Shown piece after piece: positions 52,319 through 55,505 of a stretch of DNA of 55,505 nt. Position numbers and translations under genes: made by a program. How positions within the stretch are numbered: position 1 is the stretch's first letter; every line of letters begins with the position of its first letter. The stretch is from an uncultured Dehalococcoidia bacterium. GTDB taxonomy: Bacteria; Chloroflexota; Dehalococcoidia; Lucifugimonadales; QGNO01. The notes under the pieces were generated by a model that ran no database searches, had not been told where the DNA came from, and was given only the letters and a program-made list of their open reading frames with translations. The stretch spans positions 1,342 through 56,846 of the forward strand of contig CAYVEN010000002.1 of the NCBI GenBank assembly GCA_964450505.1, written 5' to 3'.

Positions 52319-52948
52319 TCAAAGTTCCAGTACTCCGTCCGGGTCGTGGCCTTCTAGGGCCCTCATGTAGCTAGGGAGTATCCGTTCCGCGTAGACCCGT
52401 TCCAAGTCATCCATCAGATTCTTGGGGTCTGAGTGGTAGCAAATATAGGCGGAGGTCTCTTTGTCGAAAACCTTTATGATTTCGCGGATGTTGTCCGTAA
52501 TTCCGCCCGTGCCGGTGAGTGCGCCCATGACTTTTCCTTCGTCGTAGGCGATGGCGAACTCGCCCAGTGTGCCAGAGCGGCCACCGGCAAAGATAACCAC
52601 GTCGCAACTTCTGATGTTCTCTATCTCTCTGCCCATCAGTCCGCTGCCTGTGTAGATGATAGCATTGTAGGCGCGGGTGGGGGCGTTGTATTTGCCCACG
52701 TGCTCGAACATGTCGAGAGCGGGGGAGATTCCCACCACAAGCCCTCCCTCTGATTTTGCTCCCAGTACGGCGTCGTGGGGCAGCCCTGGCGCGGCGCCGG
52801 TGATCAGCACGTAGCCGCGGCGCGCGATCTCTTTTCCCAGCTCGTATACCGTGCGCCGTGTCTGAAGAGCCAGGTCACCGCCGGCGGAACCCATCACGCC
52901 AACGGTAAGGGGCGGGACTACGGAGAATTCATGCCTGTTGTCGTTCAT
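52319..52948 (-). CDS. TIGR00725 / LOG-like (SLOG) Rossmann protein
   Basis: 209 aa with 'VGVMGSAGG', 'ITGAAPGLPHDAVLGA' and 'FAGGRSGTLGEF'. Confidence 0.7.
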   Translation of the reverse strand: MNDNRHEFSVVPPLTVGVMGSAGGDLALQTRRTVYELGKEIARRGYVLITGAAPGLPHDAVLGAKSEGGLVVGISPALDMFEHVGKYNAPTRAYNAIIYTGSGLMGREIENIRSCDVVIFAGGRSGTLGEFAIAYDEGKVMGALTGTGGITDNIREIIKVFDKETSAYICYHSDPKNLMDDLERVYAERILPSYMRALEGHDPDGVLEL

Positions 52949-52997
52949 AGTGTGCCTTTCGACTCATGTTTGCTTCCAATATTGAGGGCAGGATAGT

Positions 52998-53831
52998 CTA
53001 GGCGCTAGGCCTGCTCAAGCCGTCGATGAACTCGCGCAGCTTCTCCCAGTACGCAGACCCGCCGACCAGGTAAGTGTCGTTATGGTCTGCACCGGGGATG
53101 ACGTAGAACTCCTTGGGCGTGTTGGCCGCTTCAAAGAGCGCCCTGCCCGCTTCCAAGGGGACGGTGTCATCCATGTCTCCATGCATTTGCAGCAAAGGCG
53201 CTTGTATATGGGGCACTTTGGCCGCTGAGTCGTACTTTGTGCGCAGCAGCCGCCAGAGCGGCAAGGGGTTGGCTTTCCGAGCCATGTAGGTCACTGAGGG
53301 GAAGCTTGATTCTAGAATTAGTCCGTAAGGCGACTCTTGCCTGGCTAGCTCTACGGCTAAAGCGCCTCCTAGAGAGCGCCCGTAATAGACGATTCTATTT
53401 GTAGAGATGTCCTCTCTCGATTTCAGGGAATCAAGGGCGGCCATGGCGTCGAGATAAGTCCCCTGTTCGCTGGGGGTTCCCTGGCTTTGCCCGTAACCGC
53501 GGTAGTCGAAGATGAATATGTTCACTGCCAGCTCATCGTGCATCACCTTCAGGTTGCTTAGACGGTGGCTAATGTTGCCCGCATTGCCATGAAACCAGAG
53601 GAATGTGACGTCTATTGATCCGGGCACGTACCAACCGTGCAGTTGGACGTCGTCGCTGGCGGTGAAAACCACGTCTTCATAGGCCAAGCCCAACTTGGAT
53701 GGGTCTGAGTCCAGATCTTTTTCAGGGTGATAGATGAGACGCCGTTCTATGAAACCTGTCATGTATGCACCGCCTAGAGTGATGGAAACGACAACCAGCG
53801 CGAGGGATATTGGTATGAGGCGTCTGGCCAT
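52998..53831 (-). CDS. Alpha/beta hydrolase (BEM46/ABHD-like), membrane-anchored
   Basis: 277 aa with an N-terminal TM segment, 'WFHGNAGN', the elbow 'GRSLGGA', 'HGDMDDTVP' and 'GADHND'. Confidence 0.85.
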   Translation of the reverse strand: MARRLIPISLALVVVSITLGGAYMTGFIERRLIYHPEKDLDSDPSKLGLAYEDVVFTASDDVQLHGWYVPGSIDVTFLWFHGNAGNISHRLSNLKVMHDELAVNIFIFDYRGYGQSQGTPSEQGTYLDAMAALDSLKSREDISTNRIVYYGRSLGGALAVELARQESPYGLILESSFPSVTYMARKANPLPLWRLLRTKYDSAAKVPHIQAPLLQMHGDMDDTVPLEAGRALFEAANTPKEFYVIPGADHNDTYLVGGSAYWEKLREFIDGLSRPSA

Positions 53832-53884
53832 TTTAACTCTGCTTACGCGGGCCCTCGCAGTCCCCTCTCAGTTTGTCAAACCCG

Positions 53885-54694
53885 TTACACGGGTGATGCA
53901 CTCGCTCGCCCTTTCAATACCCGCAGGAGATTGTTGGTCGTGGCTTTAGCCACGTCGTCCACAGGGAGACCCTTCAACTCGGCCAGCTTCTCTGCCACGT
54001 CTTTGATATCCTTGGGTTCCGTCCAGCGCAGCCTGTTTCGTTTGAAGTACTGCGGATAGGCATCGGTCTCCAGAACAATGCTGTCCATGGGTGTGTTCTT
54101 GACCGTCTCTTGAAGCTGGGGCAGGCGCAGTAGTGGCTTGCCGATGGATAAGGCAAGATCCATCTCCAGGCACACTTTGGCTATGTCCTCGTCCCACTGG
54201 AAATAGTGCATGGCGCCGCCTACCTCTTGCACTTTCTCCTCTTGCAGCACCTGCAACGTCCGGTAATGGTCGTCCAAGCGGCCGGGATACTCGCGTGAGT
54301 GGAAGATGACGGGCAGGTCGAGCTCTCTGGCGAGACGGACGTGCTGGCGCAGCACCTGAATCTGCATCTCCAGGTCGGGCATGCCTTCGCTGAAGTCCAG
54401 CCCCACTTCGCTTATGCAGACCACCTTGGGATTGGAAAGCGCCATAGAGCGGAACCTCTGGTAGGCAGCCTCGTTCATTGGCTCCGTAACGTCCATGGGA
54501 TGGATGCCAATACCGGCGTAGACGCTGTCGTACCGGTTGGCTAGATCAATGCACTTGAGCGACGATTCCTCGGTGACACCGGCAGTTACGACAAGTCCAA
54601 CGCCTGCGTCGCCGGCTCTCTGCAGGATGTCCGGCGCCTCTTCAGGCTGGTACTGGTCAAGATGAGTATGTGAATCGGCCAGGTGCTGAGGCAT
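53885..54694 (-). CDS. TatD-family metal-dependent hydrolase
   Basis: 269 aa with 'DSHTHLD', 'GIGIHP', 'SEVGLDF', 'VIFHSRE' and 'LETDAYP'. Confidence 0.9.
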   Translation of the reverse strand: MPQHLADSHTHLDQYQPEEAPDILQRAGDAGVGLVVTAGVTEESSLKCIDLANRYDSVYAGIGIHPMDVTEPMNEAAYQRFRSMALSNPKVVCISEVGLDFSEGMPDLEMQIQVLRQHVRLARELDLPVIFHSREYPGRLDDHYRTLQVLQEEKVQEVGGAMHYFQWDEDIAKVCLEMDLALSIGKPLLRLPQLQETVKNTPMDSIVLETDAYPQYFKRNRLRWTEPKDIKDVAEKLAELKGLPVDDVAKATTNNLLRVLKGRASASPV

Positions 54695-54726
54695 ACAACC
54701 GATTGTAGCAGGTCTTGATTAGCGGT

Positions 54727-55505
54727 CTAAGCCTGCGCGAATCTCTTTGCCTGGGGAGGCCTGGCGAACCAGACCAGCAGCGCCGCCAGCAAGTAGAGGC
54801 CGATGAACGCTGTGTAGGCAGGCCGGTACGACCCTACGATATCGAACACTACGTTGATCAGGACAGGCCCTGCTCCCGCAATCAGCACCTGCAGCGGCAG
54901 AGAGGTGGAGCGTACGGTGCCCAGTGTGAGACGTCCGTAGTAGTTGGCCCATATCACTTCCTGGACTATCATCATGCCGGAGAACCCTGCTCCGTAGAAC
55001 ACCACGCCCAGCCAGAGCATGACGCCTCTATCCGCCATGGCAAGGAAGGCGCTGGCCAGCATCTGTATGAAGAATGGGCTGATTCTAACGTGTGGCGAGT
55101 GCACCCGTTCGCTGAGGATTCCCCAGCCGGGCGCCACGGCCAGGGTGGCGATCGAGCGCACCATGAGCAATGCCGCGATGTTGAACGAGCCCAAACCCAG
55201 GTCTTCTGCATAAGGAGCTATGCTGATGTTGACGCCCTGGAAAGCCAGCATAGCGGATGAGATGCCTATGATGAGCAGCCAGAACGCCGGGGTTCTTATC
55301 ACCTCCCTGCGAGTCCACACCGCTTCTCCGGCGGATGTTGTACTCTGGAGGGACGGATCGTCGGCTTTGCTGTCAGGGGGAAGGTCTCCGTCGGGCAGGA
55401 GGCCGATATCCTCCGGCCTGCGCCTCATCAGAATGGCGGACGGGATCACGACGACTATCCAGGCCAGGGCTGCGAAGAAGAGCCAGGCGGATTGCCATCC
55501 CCAGA
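54727..55505 (-). CDS. MFS transporter, N-terminally truncated by the window edge
   Basis: The ORF stays open to the window end. It has the central loop 'MRRRPEDIGLLPDGD' followed by 6 TM segments. Confidence 0.7.
   Translation of the reverse strand, partial: WGWQSAWLFFAALAWIVVVIPSAILMRRRPEDIGLLPDGDLPPDSKADDPSLQSTTSAGEAVWTRREVIRTPAFWLLIIGISSAMLAFQGVNISIAPYAEDLGLGSFNIAALLMVRSIATLAVAPGWGILSERVHSPHVRISPFFIQMLASAFLAMADRGVMLWLGVVFYGAGFSGMMIVQEVIWANYYGRLTLGTVRSTSLPLQVLIAGAGPVLINVVFDIVGSYRPAYTAFIGLYLLAALLVWFARPPQAKRFAQA

Noticed and set aside
1-55505. Search by eye for tRNA, rRNA, riboswitch, integrase or transposase, prophage and CRISPR-cas features.
   Set aside because: None was recognised in any intergenic gap. 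All gaps are under 400 bp and are largely accounted for by promoters, hairpins or repeats. This is a visual negative only. tRNAscan-SE, Infernal/Rfam and ISfinder searches would be needed to exclude them.

Overview
This is a densely coding bacterial chromosomal segment of roughly 60% GC (spot counts only). I support about 58 protein genes. By eye I found no rRNA, tRNA, CRISPR array, transposase or integrase. Long Pro/Thr-rich lipoprotein linkers and 'FDGLTTNG / AHHERG'-type intergenic repeats hint at a Chloroflexota-like monoderm, but that is a weak inference.

Gene order:
- 20-2041: two tandem GYD + DUF1028 gene pairs.
- 2052-5893: peptide-type ABC importer (SBP plus 2 permeases, no ATPase gene).
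- 6124-9018: operon of amidase, 64-aa AtzG/GatC-like ORF, RraA-like protein and an orphan TPP-binding half-enzyme.
- 9106-12079: double-hotdog dehydratase, a cluster of small dispersed repeats, and an MFS transporter.
- 12188-15706: ABC-2 system with 2 ATPases and 2 permeases, possibly on a leaderless mRNA.
- 15738-20516: hydantoinase/oxoprolinase B and A, and a DapA-family lyase.
- 20654-22605: NIP-like aquaporin overlapping arsC, and a lamin-tail-domain lipoprotein.
- 22602-26985 (minus strand): replication operon rplI-dnaB-DnaD-like-DnaC/DnaI-like-HIT.
- 27151-30979: purQ and purL separated by two half-size EamA genes.
- 31076-33212: a lower-GC UDG-fold-like gene and a second amidase.
- 33384-37715: aapJQMP-like amino-acid importer.
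- 37838-39932: orphan carrier protein, Sfp-type PPTase and an alpha/beta hydrolase.
- 39999-46396: vapBC, alaX plus an unknown gene, NfeD-SPFH, a C45-like Ntn hydrolase, a small hypothetical and a cupin.
- 46471-50956: membrane protein-DUF58-transglutaminase operon.
- 51026-55505: Na+/H+ antiporter, LOG/TIGR00725-like protein, alpha/beta hydrolase, TatD and a truncated MFS gene.

Most noteworthy candidates:
1. A helicase-loader gene with a DnaI-like zinc N-domain followed by two complete AAA+ modules.
2. The GYD-DUF1028 cassette duplication, with a 590-bp block of 100% identity that starts exactly at the start codon.
3. The orphan ACP-PPTase-hydrolase module.
4. A MoxR-less DUF58-transglutaminase operon whose catalytic Cys position is Ser.
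5. A split EamA transporter embedded in purQ-purL.
6. The AtzE/AtzG-like amidase operon with RraA-like protein and orphan TPP half.

All family calls come from motif recognition by eye. No database search was run.
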